64,000 bases of DNA. Source: Octopus bimaculoides. Lineage: Eukaryota. Positions 1 to 11,990 of the stretch are shown here, piece after piece (the first letter of the stretch is position 1; every line of letters begins with the position of its first letter). The DNA lies in contig NC_069000.1 of NCBI RefSeq assembly GCF_001194135.2, forward strand, positions 32,036,424-32,100,423, given 5' to 3'. The position numbers were made by a program, and so were the translations under genes. The notes beneath the pieces are model-generated. The model did no database searches, was not told the DNA's origin, and was given only the letters and a program-made list of their open reading frames with translations.

Positions 1-26
1 TGTATGTATGTGTGCGCGTGTGTGTG

Positions 27-67
<41 letters not shown>

Positions 68-312
68 TGTATGTATGTGCATATGTACATATAAATAAAA
101 AAACTGAACAAGAACGTAACGGACGACAATGAAAACATACGGACAGCTGGACGATACAAAGATGGACAAGAAAACCAGGAAGGAACATTCGTCACTTTCT
201 AGTCATCAGTCAAGTTTCCAATTATCACTACAGTTTCGGCATGTTACACTTGAGACTGTTCAAACTTGGTAGGCCACAAATGTCTATGCGTTGAAAATTG
301 CTTTTTTTTTTA

Positions 313-1080
313 ATTAGGAAAGCGATGCAGGATGCCAAACTGAACAAGACAAGTCTGAACGTGGTAATGGTTTGATCTAGCTAATGCATTTGACTCAGTG
401 CCACACGAATTACTCATGAAAGTCATGGGGATATATTATGACAGTTTTGAGATAAGTTTACGGCTGGAAATTTTACAACAGATTGGCACCGATTGGAGAT
501 TGGCATTGCTGCTAGCTGCACAATATTTGTTACGTGGTATATCTTAGTCGAGGAGATAATTTTGGAAGCAGTGGACTTTTCGGAACAAATCTCCCATGTA
601 CAATCACCTGAAAAGGCTTTCATGGATGGCGTGACACGTCTATCAACAGACAATCAAATCATTCAGAGTGCCCTCTTGAGACTAGACGAGCTTGTGAAGT
701 GATAAAGGATGAGATTCAGATAAAAAAAAATCGCGTTGTCTGACGTTTATTAAGGGTGTACAAAAAGAAGTAAAGTTCCAAATAGCTGAAGGAAGAACCC
801 GTCAAGAGCTTGGGGCGAGTATACGCTGGAACATTGTCAGATCTGAGTTGCGGGTTTCAAATTATGTCACATGCCGAGGACGGATTAACAACGATTGATA
901 TCTCAAAGCTACCAGGTAAATATAAAATGTGGTGCTTACAGTTCAGCTTGTATCCGCGACTTTCGTGGCCACTTTTTAATATACGAGGTAGTACTGTCAC
1001 GAGTCATTGAACAAAAGTGCAATAACTTCATTAGGAAGTGGCTAGGCCTAACTCGGATATTGAACACTATTTGTTGGTAC
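313..1080 (+). mobile_element. Decayed Hero-like (R2 superfamily, RLE-type) non-LTR retrotransposon reverse transcriptase fragment
   Basis: Frameshifted translation reads WFDLANAFDSVPHELL...FTTDWHRLEIGIAASCTIFVTW...KAFMDGVT...LLRLDELVK**RMRF...KSRCLTFIKG...EEPVKSLGRVY...DISKLPGKYKMWCLQFSLYPRLSWPL...FIRKWLGL. This matches the AFMDD-type RT/thumb motifs of Hero elements. Stops and frameshifts are present; the fragment runs into an N-gap. Confidence 0.8.
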
Positions 1081-1751
1081 ATTTTACTTATNNNNNNNNN
1101 NNNNNNNNNNNNNNNNNNNNNNNNNNNNNNNNNNNNNNNNNNNNNNNNNNNNNNNNNNNNNNNNNNNNNNNNNNNNNNNNNNNNNNNNNNNNNNNNNNNN
1201 NNNNNNNNNNNNNNNNNNNNNNNNNNNNNNNNNNNNNNNNNNNNNNNNNNNNNNNNNNNNNNNNNNNNNNNNNNNNNNNNNNNNNNNNNNNNNNNNNNNN
1301 NNNNNNNNNNNNNNNNNNNNNNNNNNNNNNNNNNNNNNNNNNNNNNNNNNNNNNNNNNNNNNNNNNNNNNNNNNNNNNNNNNNNNNNNNNNNNNNNNNNN
1401 NNNNNNNNNNNNNNNNNNNNNNNNNNNNNNNNNNNNNNNNNNNNNNNNNNNNNNNNNNNNNNNNNNNNNNNNNNNNNNNNNNNNNNNNNNNNNNNNNNNN
1501 NNNNNNNNNNNNNNNNNNNNNNNNNNNNNNNNNNNNNNNNNNNNNNNNNNNNNNNNNNNNNNNNNNNNNNNNNNNNNNNNNNNNNNNNNNNNNNNNNNNN
1601 NNNNNNNNNNNNNNNNNNNNNNNNNNNNNNNNNNNTGTTTCTAAAATGTGTACCGATCTGCAGCGAAGCGAAGTGTGTTTCATTTTTATGCATTTATGGA
1701 AGAATGTTTTGAATGCCTCTACTCCTTGAAGCAGTGAAAATAATGTATTTC

Positions 1752-1870
1752 GTTCTTCTTCTTCTTCTTCTTCTTCTTCTTCTTCTTCTTCTTCTTCTTC
1801 TTCTTCTTCCGTCCTCCTCCTCCTCCTCCTCCTCCTCCTCATCATCATCATCATCATCATCAACTTCATC
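1752..1870. repeat. Compound (CTT)n/(CCT)n/(CAT)n microsatellite
   Basis: Directly visible trinucleotide runs. Confidence 0.95.
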
Positions 1871-1874
1871 ATCC

Positions 1875-2070
1875 CGAGATGGCAGCATCGTTAGCTCGCC
1901 GGGTAAAATTCGTATCGGTATTCAGTACGTCATGATGCTGAGGTCCACTTTGCCTTTTATCCTTACGAAGTCCATGAAATAAGTATCGGATTCCAAATGG
2001 GGACGATGTAATCGACTTATTTTCTCTCCTGAAATTTCAGGCATCGTGAAAAATTTGAAACCATTATTAT
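1875..2070 (+). mobile_element. tRNA-derived SINE family A, diverged copy
   Basis: cgagatggcagcatcgttagctcgccggg...ctttgccttttatcctt...gatgtaatcgactt; homologous to the copies at 23201-23424 (-), 41995-42335 (-) and 48347-48505 (+). Confidence 0.7.
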
Positions 2071-2299
2071 TCGGTGTTTGATAGCTTCAAGCAAATTTTT
2101 TTACTGTGCGGAGCAATGTGTGCACTTGTTTATCTTTCCTTCTTTTTTTTTTTTTGAGGAGGAGGGGGCGGGATACAAACTCTTCCCGACATTGTATTTC
2201 TTTAGTTTGGTCTGTTATGAGCTTTGGCTTGAGTCTTTTGTTGTATTAATCTTCGTAATACGTGTGTGTAATGCGAGTTATGCTCTTCAGTTGGGTCTC

Positions 2300-2600
2300 C
2301 GAACTGCAGTGTACATGTTATAGAGGTCGTTTATTTTATTGGATATTTACCTTATCGAGTGTAGCCTGTGTTTGAGGATTGTTTAATTTGGGTTGTGTTG
2401 CATAGGAGGTGGGCTGTTCCTAGCTGGGCAACGTTTTCAATAGAACGTAGTGTTCAGAGTCCAGCTTCATAGGTTTCATTCATACGTATTGTATTATCAT
2501 ACCCAAATACTCCAAGCATCACTGGTATTGTTGTTCACCCTCAAACCCTTCAACTTGAATTCTTCAATTTCAACATCTTTGTGCTTTCACAATTTCTTCA
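2300..2600 (-). mobile_element. R4/Dong-like non-LTR 3' end remnant
   Basis: Minus-strand translation TIPVMLGVFG...IENVAQLGTAHLL resembles the conserved C-terminal VPVxxGALG...LLGTAHILRK motif. Confidence 0.5.
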
Positions 2601-2652
2601 ATTCTTTTTGCCCAATATTTTGATTATTTGTAGTAATAGTGGTGGTGGTGAG

Positions 2653-2718
<66 letters not shown>
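2653..2718. repeat. (GTA)n microsatellite
   Basis: Directly visible. Confidence 0.95.
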
Positions 2719-3039
2719 CACATCACAAGTAAACGGTAATAGTTCTCCATAATTTTTCCACAATATATAGACATTTGTCCAAATGACTCAATACCTTCAA
2801 TTGGATTAATATAATTGACCACGCAAAGGACTTCAGTATTAATTCATACATGGAATCAGTGTGACAGTGTGGTACAGTTAGACATTTGAGCTACATGAAG
2901 AGTCCCTCTGAAGAGTTTCTACATAATTTCTACCTACTATATTCCACACGTAATACTCGGGCAGGGCACCTGGAATCTCAACCACGCAGTGGAATCGAAC
3001 TGATTATAAAGCAAACATCTTAATGATTTGGCCATGCGG

Positions 3040-3190
3040 CATCCATTCACCATCGATAGCTACGAACAGTGGCCTTGCTGGAACGCCGCCTTGAAGGGCA
3101 TGCGTCATTTTGCCGAAGCGTTGATTGTGGCTTACGTAAACAAACCAACACAGATTGTCAGGCAATGGGGTGGGGGTGGGGGCGAAAATG
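3040..3190 (-). mobile_element. SINE family B, 3' half
   Basis: Reverse complement gives ...gcctgacaatctgtgttggtttgtttacg...cggcaaaa...cttcaaggcggcgttccagcaaggccactg, matching the 3' halves of the copies at 48760-49095 and 50183-50608. Confidence 0.6.
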
Positions 3191-3339
3191 ACCACTCACC
3201 CACCCACCCACACACACACATACATACACATACACTTGCACACACATACATGCTTACATACATACCTACCTGCATACACACTTATGTTTTGTGTGTGCGT
3301 ATAAATATATATATATATATGCATGTATGCATGTATGTG

Positions 3340-3412
3340 TGTGTAAGCCCTCGTTTTTGTCCCACCACCGCCTGACAATCGGTGTTTGTTTGTTAACGTC
3401 CGCCTCACTTAT
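3340..3412 (+). mobile_element. SINE family B, 3' fragment
   Basis: tttgtcccaccaccgcctgacaatcggtgtttgtttgttaacgtcc, homologous to the family B body. Confidence 0.55.
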
Positions 3413-3581
3413 ATATATNNNNNNNNNNNNNNNNNNNNNNNNNNNNNNNNNNNNNNNNNNNNNNNNNNNNNNNNNNNNNNNNNNNNNNNNNNNNNNNNNN
3501 NNNNNNNNNNNNNNNNNNNNNNNNNNNNNNNNNNNNNNNNNNNNNNNNNNNNNNNNNNNNATATATGTACAGACACACACA

Positions 3582-3725
3582 CTCGACGGGTGTCTTTCAC
3601 TTTCCGTCTACCAAATCCACTCATGAGGTTTAGGCGGCCCGCAGCTATTCAAGAAGACACTTGCCCTAGGTGTCGCATAGTTCAACTGAACCTGGAACTA
3701 TGTGATTGGAAAGCAAAACCACCGC
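3582..3725 (-). mobile_element. SINE family B, 5' half
   Basis: Reverse complement contains ggttcagt...ctagggcaagtgtcttc...gagtggatttggtagacggaaagtgaaaga. Confidence 0.7.
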
Positions 3726-4089
3726 CTATTATTTCTCTTCTCCCCGCCTTCTTCTTTTCATTCAGCATTTAATTATCGTACACAACATAATTATTTAACA
3801 GTAATGTTAAAATGTCAGACTTAAACAGAATTTAGTAGTCTTTCAATTCGTTCTTTTACAGAACAAATGTCATTAACCTGTGACCGCTTTGCAAACTATT
3901 CGTTATGGTCGGTAAACTAGAAATCATTATTTACTACTACCGCCCCCACATCAGTGCTACTATTATAAATATTATTACCACTACTACTACCATTACGAAC
4001 AGCACCTCTACTTCTACTCCTCCGCCTACTAGTATTATCACATCCAACACAACTACCACGACCACGACCAAGTCCACTACCAACACCAT

Positions 4090-4136
<47 letters not shown>

Positions 4137-5589
4137 ACTATGCAAGAGAACTGTCATACAAGTTATAGTATAAAACATTCAATGAGATGCAAACAGGAAA
4201 TCATTGTATTTCCGAGAGAATTCTCTAAGGTTCTAAATTATATGAGATAAATAAAAATTATCTTTCATATCAGATGGAAGCTTAATGCAATATATACGTA
4301 TAATAGCCTAGTTGCATATCAACTTATCAGATTATCGTCACGTTATCCGATGCACAGGATATCTATGCAATATCTTCATAGTGTTACATATAATATGTCT
4401 ATGCATGCAATTGTAACTTTGTAGTTCATGAATATTATATCCATTTCATCTGTCTGACTCTCCGTCTCCCTGTTGTTTGTTTCTCTCCATATACATATTA
4501 ATATACATAAATACATACATACACACCTACATATATATAGNNNNNNNNNNNNNNNNNNNNNNNNNNNNNNNNNNNNNNNNNNNNNNNNNNNNNNNNNNNN
4601 NNNNNNNNNNNNNNNNNNNNNNNNNNNNNNNNNNNNNNNNNNNNNNNNNNNNNNNNNNNNNNNNNNNNNNNNNNNNNNNNNNNNNNNNNNNNNNNNNNNN
4701 NNNNNNNNNNNNNNNNNNNNNNNNNNNNNNNNNNNNNNNNNNNNNNNNNNNNNNNNNNNNNNNNNNNNNNNNNNNNNNNNNNNNNNNNNNNNNNNNNNNN
4801 NNNNNNNNNNNNNNNNNNNNNNNNNNNNNNNNNNNNNNNNNNNNNNNNNNNNNNNNNNNNNNNNNNNNNNNNNNNNNNNNNNNNNNNNNNNNNNNNNNNN
4901 NNNNNNNNNNNNNNNNNNNNNNNNNNNNNNNNNNNNNNNNNNNNNNNNNNNNNNNNNNNNNNNNNNNNNNNNNNNNNNNNNNNNNNNNNNNNNNNNNNNN
5001 NNNNNNNNNNNNNNNNNNNNNNNNNNNNNNNNNNNNNNNNNNNNNNNNNNNNNNNNNNNNNNNNNNNNNNNNNNNNNNNNNNNNNNNNNNNNNNNNNNNN
5101 NNNNNNNNNNNNNNNNNNNNNNNNNNNNNNNNNNNNNNNNNNNNNNNNNNNNNNNNNNNNNNNNNNNNNNNNNNNNNNNNNNNNNNNNNNNNNNNNNNNN
5201 NNNNNNNNNNNNNNNNNNNNNNNNNNNNNNNNNNNNNNNNNNNNNNNNNNNNNNNNNNNNNNNNNNNNNNNNNNNNNNNNNNNNNNNNNNNNNNNNNNNN
5301 NNNNNNNNNTATATATAATGCAAGAGAGTTAGGAGTTGAGGATTCAACCCACTAAGGGATAGTATCTATCCAATATATTGGTAGGAGGGTATCCAATTAT
5401 TGTTACACTAGTGTTATACCAAGTGTAATAAGTGGATGCGGGTAAAAGTGGGGTTATTTTACCCTAAACTTATATAGCAATTAGAAAATGAAGGAGAATA
5501 TGCGGTATCCATCGACTTGCAGACAGTGTATTCCGTTGAATTAATTAATTTATTTTGTAACTAAAATGACAAAAACCACAATATACAAA

Positions 5590-6520
5590 TGCTTATGACA
5601 TACCATGTTATATTACCAATCAAGGTTTCAACGCTTCTGTTGCTGTTCCAAATCCTATCTTTTCTCAAGGGAAAATCTGCATCTTGTGTTTCCTACCTCT
5701 TCAGTTTTCAGGCTTCTGTTCAACTCCGATCTTGTCTTAAAGTCTTCGCATTATTTTGTAGTATCCTTTTCCACACTTGCTATTTTGTAATCTTTGCCTG
5801 TGAGATATCTAGTCTTCTAGTAACTACTACCTCTCCTGCGTAGATCAATAAGTTAGTAACTCTTATATGTTTAATATCTATCCTACTCATAACAGAATGT
5901 ACTTTCCTAGTCCTTTGTAGCAGCTTCCTTCAGTTGGTGCCTTTTAATGCTTTCAATATATTTTTCTTACTTCTTTACTCATTACTTCCTGCAAATCATC
6001 TAAAATCTTCTGATGTTCCTCATTTATATTACTTAAATCGCTGGTGTCAGTTGTCCCTTCCTTATTGGTAGTACTATTATTATTAGTTTTCCTTTAGGGT
6101 CTTCTTTGGCTTGAGTTGTATCTCTTATGTTGTTGTTTATCTTTCCTACTGCCTAGTCTTTCTTTCCCAGCTCTATTGTGGTTTCTTGTGGACCCTTGTG
6201 ATCGTCTACCTCCACTTCTGTCATCCACTTTCTTCTCCTAATAGCATTAGCTTGATCTACTAATCTCTGCTGAGTCACTTTAAACATACCCTTCTCTACC
6301 CAAAGTGTTAACATCTGTTTTCTATGGCCCGTTCTTTTAACTTCACTTTCTAAGTACCACTGCATCACTATCCTGCTTTCTTCGTAGGTCCACTTCCTCC
6401 TCTTTACTCTCTTATCTGCTGCTGATGTATTAGGGTAACAGTTGTTGTCAGTCTACATTTTTACTGAGCCACTGTCGAGCGAGAGGCCTTCCGTTAAAGG
6501 TCCAGCGTCATTTTCGCTGT
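5590..6520 (-). mobile_element. R4/Dong-like non-LTR element, decayed N-terminal ORF region
   Basis: RKWTYEESRIVMQWYLESEVKRTGHRKQMLTLWVEKGMFKVTQQRLVDQANAIRRRKWMTEVEV (ORF 6153-6368) is the typical R4/Dong N-terminal block; downstream frames are broken. Confidence 0.75.
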
Positions 6521-8979
6521 TTCTCACAAAATGAGATACGGTAACATTCGAAACTAACATCATCTCCACTATTATTTTTCGACATATGATAGTTTGAAGC
6601 AACATTCTATTGCATCATTTGTTGCACGTACATATATACATATATGCATACACACACACACACACATTTATATATATGTATATATGTATGTGAGTGTGTG
6701 TGCGCGCACGCGCATGTGTTGGGTGGAGAGAGATAGAGAGATAGAGAGAGAAATAGATAGATAGATAAATAGATAGATATTATAGATAGGTAATTATGTG
6801 TTTTTATGCTGGATTATTTCCTCGTGCCTGAATGGTTAGACGGCTACACTTGTTGACCGCAGTCATATATAAGAATGAAATAAATATTTCAGACACATTT
6901 ATATACCGTTTAATAATCTGAATGGAGGCAATGCAAGCGGAACCTAGAGCAACATAATTAATAACCACACACAAAATCAAATATATATATATATATATAT
7001 ATATATANNNNNNNNNNNNNNNNNNNNNNNNNNNNNNNNNNNNNNNNNNNNNNNNNNNNNNNNNNNNNNNNNNNNNNNNNNNNNNNNNNNNNNNNNNNNN
7101 NNNNNNNNNNNNNNNNNNNNNNNNNNNNNNNNNNNNNNNNNNNNNNNNNNNNNNNNNNNNNNNNNNNNNNNNNNNNNNNNNNNNNNNNNNNNNNNNNNNN
7201 NNNNNNNNNNNNNNNNNNNNNNNNNNNNNNNNNNNNNNNNNNNNNNNNNNNNNNNNNNNNNNNNNNNNNNNNNNNNNNNNNNNNNNNNNNNNNNNNNNNN
7301 NNNNNNNNNNNNNNNNNNNNNNNNNNNNNNNNNNNNNNNNNNNNNNNNNNNNNNNNNNNNNNNNNNNNNNNNNNNNNNNNNNNNNNNNNNNNNNNNNNNN
7401 NNNNNNNNNNNNNNNNNNNNNNNNNNNNNNNNNNNNNNNNNNNNNNNNNNNNNNNNNNNNNNNNNNNNNNNNNNNNNNNNNNNNNNNNNNNNNNNNNNNN
7501 NNNNNNNNNNNNNNNNNNNNNNNNNNNNNNNNNNNNNNNNNNNNNNNNNNNNNNNNNNNNNNNNNNNNNNNNNNNNNNNNNNNNNNNNNNNNNNNNNNNN
7601 NNNNNNNNNNNNNNNNNNNNNNNNNNNNNNNNNNNNNNNNNNNNNNNNNNNNNNNNNNNNNNNNNNNNNNNNNNNNNNNNNNNNNNNNNNNNNNNNNNNN
7701 NNNNNNNNNNNNNNNNNNNNNNNNNNNNNNNNNNNNNNNNNNNNNNNNNNNNNNNNNNNNNNNNNNNNNNNNNNNNNNNNNNNNNNNNNNNNNNNNNNNN
7801 NNNNNNNNNNNNNNNNNNNNNNNNNNNNNNNNNNNNNNNNNNNNNNNNNNNNNNNNNNNNNNNNNNNNNNNNNNNNNNNNNNNNNNNNNNNNNNNNNNNN
7901 TATATATATATATATGCATGTGTGTGTGTATACATACATATATCCCTGTATGCATAACTATGATATATGTGTGTGTGAGTGTGAGTGTGAGTGTGTGTGA
8001 GTGTGCTGGTATGTGAGTTTGTGTCTCTACAGTTCTTGTGTATATGGTGTCCTATGGGTTACCGTGTGTTTGACTTACTGTTGCTTATCATTGTGCATGA
8101 AACGTCTCCATTTCCCCCATACAGAACATGAGAATAAATACAAGTTGGGCCTACGCATGACATTACTATGTTATTGCGATGCTTGTGTGGTGTTAACGAA
8201 GCTCTACATCGACTTTCCTAACAGTCAAATGAAAGCATGGCTGAGTTAATTCTGTGATAACGATAATGATGAATATGGTGGTGATGTTGATGAATCGTCT
8301 TAATGTTGCATTAATCAGTTTCTCATCACCAACAACTTGGCGTCAGCTTACTTCAAACTCTGTGACCACTAAAAGATAAACACGTTTTGATGGTCTCTAA
8401 CTGCAATAAAAACCTAGGATACGCAGCTCATTCCGGCAGTCTGTCTTTGGACCAAAGCAAGTCCTATTTTCAATCACATAATCTGAATCTACCCAATGAG
8501 AATGATTTGTAACTTGACTCGTAATATTGGACACAGCTCAGCTTTTAGAAATGAAACATTAGTGCTGCATCCGCTTATCTGTATACCTTACTTGCTAAGA
8601 TAACAGTATAAAATGTTTCATCATATATTCTCAATTTATCCACGGCACTCTCTCTTGATTAGAAATTTATCTCAATAAAAGTTTTCTTCATTATCTTAAC
8701 AATCATATCATGTGGCTAATTATATAATCTATGCATTGGATAAGGATGTATATATGTATGTACGTATGCATATATGTATGAATGTATTTCTATCTATCTT
8801 TCCCAAAACATTAATGTGTGTATGTATATATGTATATACATATATACACATGTGTGTATGTATGTAGACACATATATATACACATATGCATATAATATAT
8901 ATATGTATATTTCCAGATGCATTGTATATATGTATCAATGTATGTATGTGTGCATATGTGTATATATATATATATGTAC

Positions 8980-9029
<50 letters not shown>

Positions 9030-9046
9030 ATATATGAGATATTTAT

Positions 9047-9083
<37 letters not shown>

Positions 9084-9574
9084 TATTTATTAACTATATT
9101 TATTATATATATATATAGCTTTTGATAATAGCTTTTGTAGATTTTGAATAGGCCTTTCATATTATACATAATGTTTGCCGGAAGGTATATCAAAGTATGT
9201 TGAATAAGTGTAGACAGTTAGCTCTCAGATGATGTTGTAGTTGAGAGTGGAATTGAATAAATAATTCGCGGAAAATATTTGATAGATTTACATTATGATA
9301 TTGTTTTATTTAGTAATTAAAGATAAAAAATATCTGACTTGTTGAGAGGCTTGAAAAAATGGTTAAACAAAACAAGAAGAAAGTTATCATTGAATGGGTA
9401 CACACTTGAACAATTTAAGTCTGTAGGAACTTTTATAGAAAATTATGGTGCTTAAGAAACTGAATTTCCTTAAAGATTTAACATAAGTGATCTAAGAATG
9501 GGAATGCTTTTTATTATGGAGAATAATATAGAGTGGAGATTTATACGGGAATGAAACTCTAACGGCCACTATGA

Positions 9575-9703
9575 ATGAGAGAAGTAGTTTCGCATAAAAT
9601 GAAAGGTATGTCTAATCGGTTTGACCTGTTTGAAGATAGGGATAAGAATGAACATGGCTTTGTGAGAATACATGAAGACCCTGTGCGTGAAATGGCGTCG
9701 GAG
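9575..9703 (+). CDS. Possible first coding exon of an unidentified + strand gene (MREVVSHKMKGMSNRFDLFEDRDKNEHGFVRIHEDPVREMASE)
   Basis: Non-repetitive 43-codon frame ending GAG|gtagta (weak donor) in phase 0, compatible with the exon at 23796. The start and the donor are uncertain. Confidence 0.3.
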
Positions 9704-9774
9704 GTAGTAGTAACATACACACATGTATGTGTATACACCGCACACACATACACACATACACACACACACACAGA

Positions 9775-9786
9775 GATAGATAGCTG

Positions 9787-9862
<76 letters not shown>
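9775..9862. repeat. (GATA)n microsatellite
   Basis: Directly visible. Confidence 0.95.
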
Positions 9863-9863
<1 letters not shown>

Positions 9864-9960
9864 GGGAAATAGAGAGTGAGAGATAAATATATATATACGT
9901 ACAATTTTGAGAAGGATTGAGGAAATACGCAAGTTCACTGGAACAAACAGGTATTTATAG

Positions 9961-10077
<117 letters not shown>

Positions 10078-10644
10078 TTGCGGGCACATAGAAGCACACA
10101 CATCACACATGCACTGACACTCAAAAGCATGCCTCATCAAACAAGCGAAGGTGTGATTATCATTATCCTTACAGTGAGAATTACGACGCCGTAACTGATC
10201 TCTGATATGTTTCACGTTACTTAATTCTTATGCTTCGTAGGAAACCGTTAATTAGAAGCAAATCCTTCACTCGAATATCGTAGATTGCAACATTCGAGCG
10301 ATCACAAAGAACGAATGCACGTCACAGATACAAGCCAAACATTTAGTCTACCTTAGACCATACTTGTCTATAATCACACTGGCTAACTAGCACACATATT
10401 CACAGAGTGGTAGAATGACGAAGAACGTAGCCTCTGGTTCCATGAGTTTTATTTTAATTCGTCAACTTTGTATAAATATGTGTTAACTGATGTGAACGAA
10501 GTATGTTAGATTTGGTGATGTCGGAATTTTTGAATTTATGTGGATACGAATTAGCAAACAGTATTGGTGCTGTCCTCCTCGTCTTATTACACTATTTACA
10601 CCTCTAACACCACCATCTACACCTCCTCTTCTTCCACTCCCCCA

Positions 10645-11068
10645 TTCTTCTTCTTCTTCTTCTTCTTCTTCTTCTTCTTCTTCTTCTTCTTCTTCTGCTT
10701 CTTCTCCTCCTCCACCTCCTTCTCCTCCTTCTTCTCCTCCTCCTCCTCCTTCTCCTTCTCCTCCTTCTCCTCCTTCTCCTCCTTCTCCTCCTTCTTCTCC
10801 TCCTCCTCCTTCTCTTCCTCCTCCTCCTCCTCCTTCTTCGTCTTCTTCTTCTTCTTCTTCTTCTTCTTCTTCTTCTTCTTCTTCTTCTTCTTCTTCTTCT
10901 TNNNNNNNNNNNNNNNNNNNNNNNNNNNNNNNNNNNNNNNNNNNNNNNNNNNNNNNNNNNNNNNNNNNNNNNNNNNNNNNNNNNNNNNNNNNNNNNNNNN
11001 NNNNNNNNNNNNNNNNNNNNNNNNNNNNNNNNNNNNNNNNNNNNNNNNNNNNNNNNNNNNNNTCAATA

Positions 11069-11120
<52 letters not shown>

Positions 11121-11131
11121 TATTATCAATA

Positions 11132-11171
<40 letters not shown>

Positions 11172-11182
11172 TATTATCAATA

Positions 11183-11221
<39 letters not shown>

Positions 11222-11245
11222 GTAGTAGTAGTAGTAGTAGTTAGA
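10645..11245. repeat. Compound (CTT)/(CCT) and (ATT)/(GTA) microsatellite block spanning an N-gap
   Basis: Directly visible; source of the poly-S/P/E/K/N pseudo-ORFs. Confidence 0.95.
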
Positions 11246-11319
11246 GTAGTAGTAGGGCAGCGTACTGTTAAAATCGTTTGCACGACGGAGGAAACATTCT
11301 TCGTGATTTGTCTTCCAAG

Positions 11320-11990
11320 GATTTTTACATCTTTACTTGTAATATTGAAATATACCGGGAAGGTAAACTTTGCCTCTCGTCCTCTTCAGAACGATAAAAT
11401 ATGCACCTCTTTCTTTTTAATTTTTACTTTCTTTTTTTCTGCTTTCAAATTACTAAGCACACTGTGAAAATAGTCAATGGTTTTTACATTTCTCGGCGTG
11501 CATCCCGCATGCATAAAGACATGGGATTGTTCTGATTCGTTTCAGGCCGAATCCTCTGCTCGATGTTATTGGCTAACCCCGTTACCTAAATTGATGATGA
11601 AGATGATGATGATTAATGCTGGGAGCTAATAAGTTCATTAGCAAACCAGATAAAATTTTTAGCGGCATTACTTCCGGCCCTTTACGTTCTTAGTTGAAAT
11701 ACTGAAATATTTAGCTGAGATCAACCTTGCCTCTCGGCCTCTCAGTTACAATAAAATGAGTACCAGTCTACTATTACCGTGTTTTTTAAAAAAAAATTTT
11801 CGGTTTTCAAATTGCTGTAAAAATAGTCAATGGTAGATTTTTAGTGGCATTTCTTCTGGTTCTTTACGTTCTGAGATCTTACTCTGCCGTGGTCGACTTT
11901 GTCCGTCATCCTTTGGGGTCGATAAAAGAAATACCAAGCATGTGATTTTTACCTCCCTTCAAAATTGGTGGTCTTGTGCTCAAAGTAAAA
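11320..11990 (+). mobile_element. Cluster of about three diverged SINE family A bodies
   Basis: Repeated tttacgttct...gtc(a/g)actttgcc...gataaaa blocks near 11330, 11680 and 11860. Confidence 0.6.

Noticed and set aside
9630-9680. EF-hand-like DKNEHGFVRIHE
   Set aside because: A single loop without convincing flanking helices; resemblance only.
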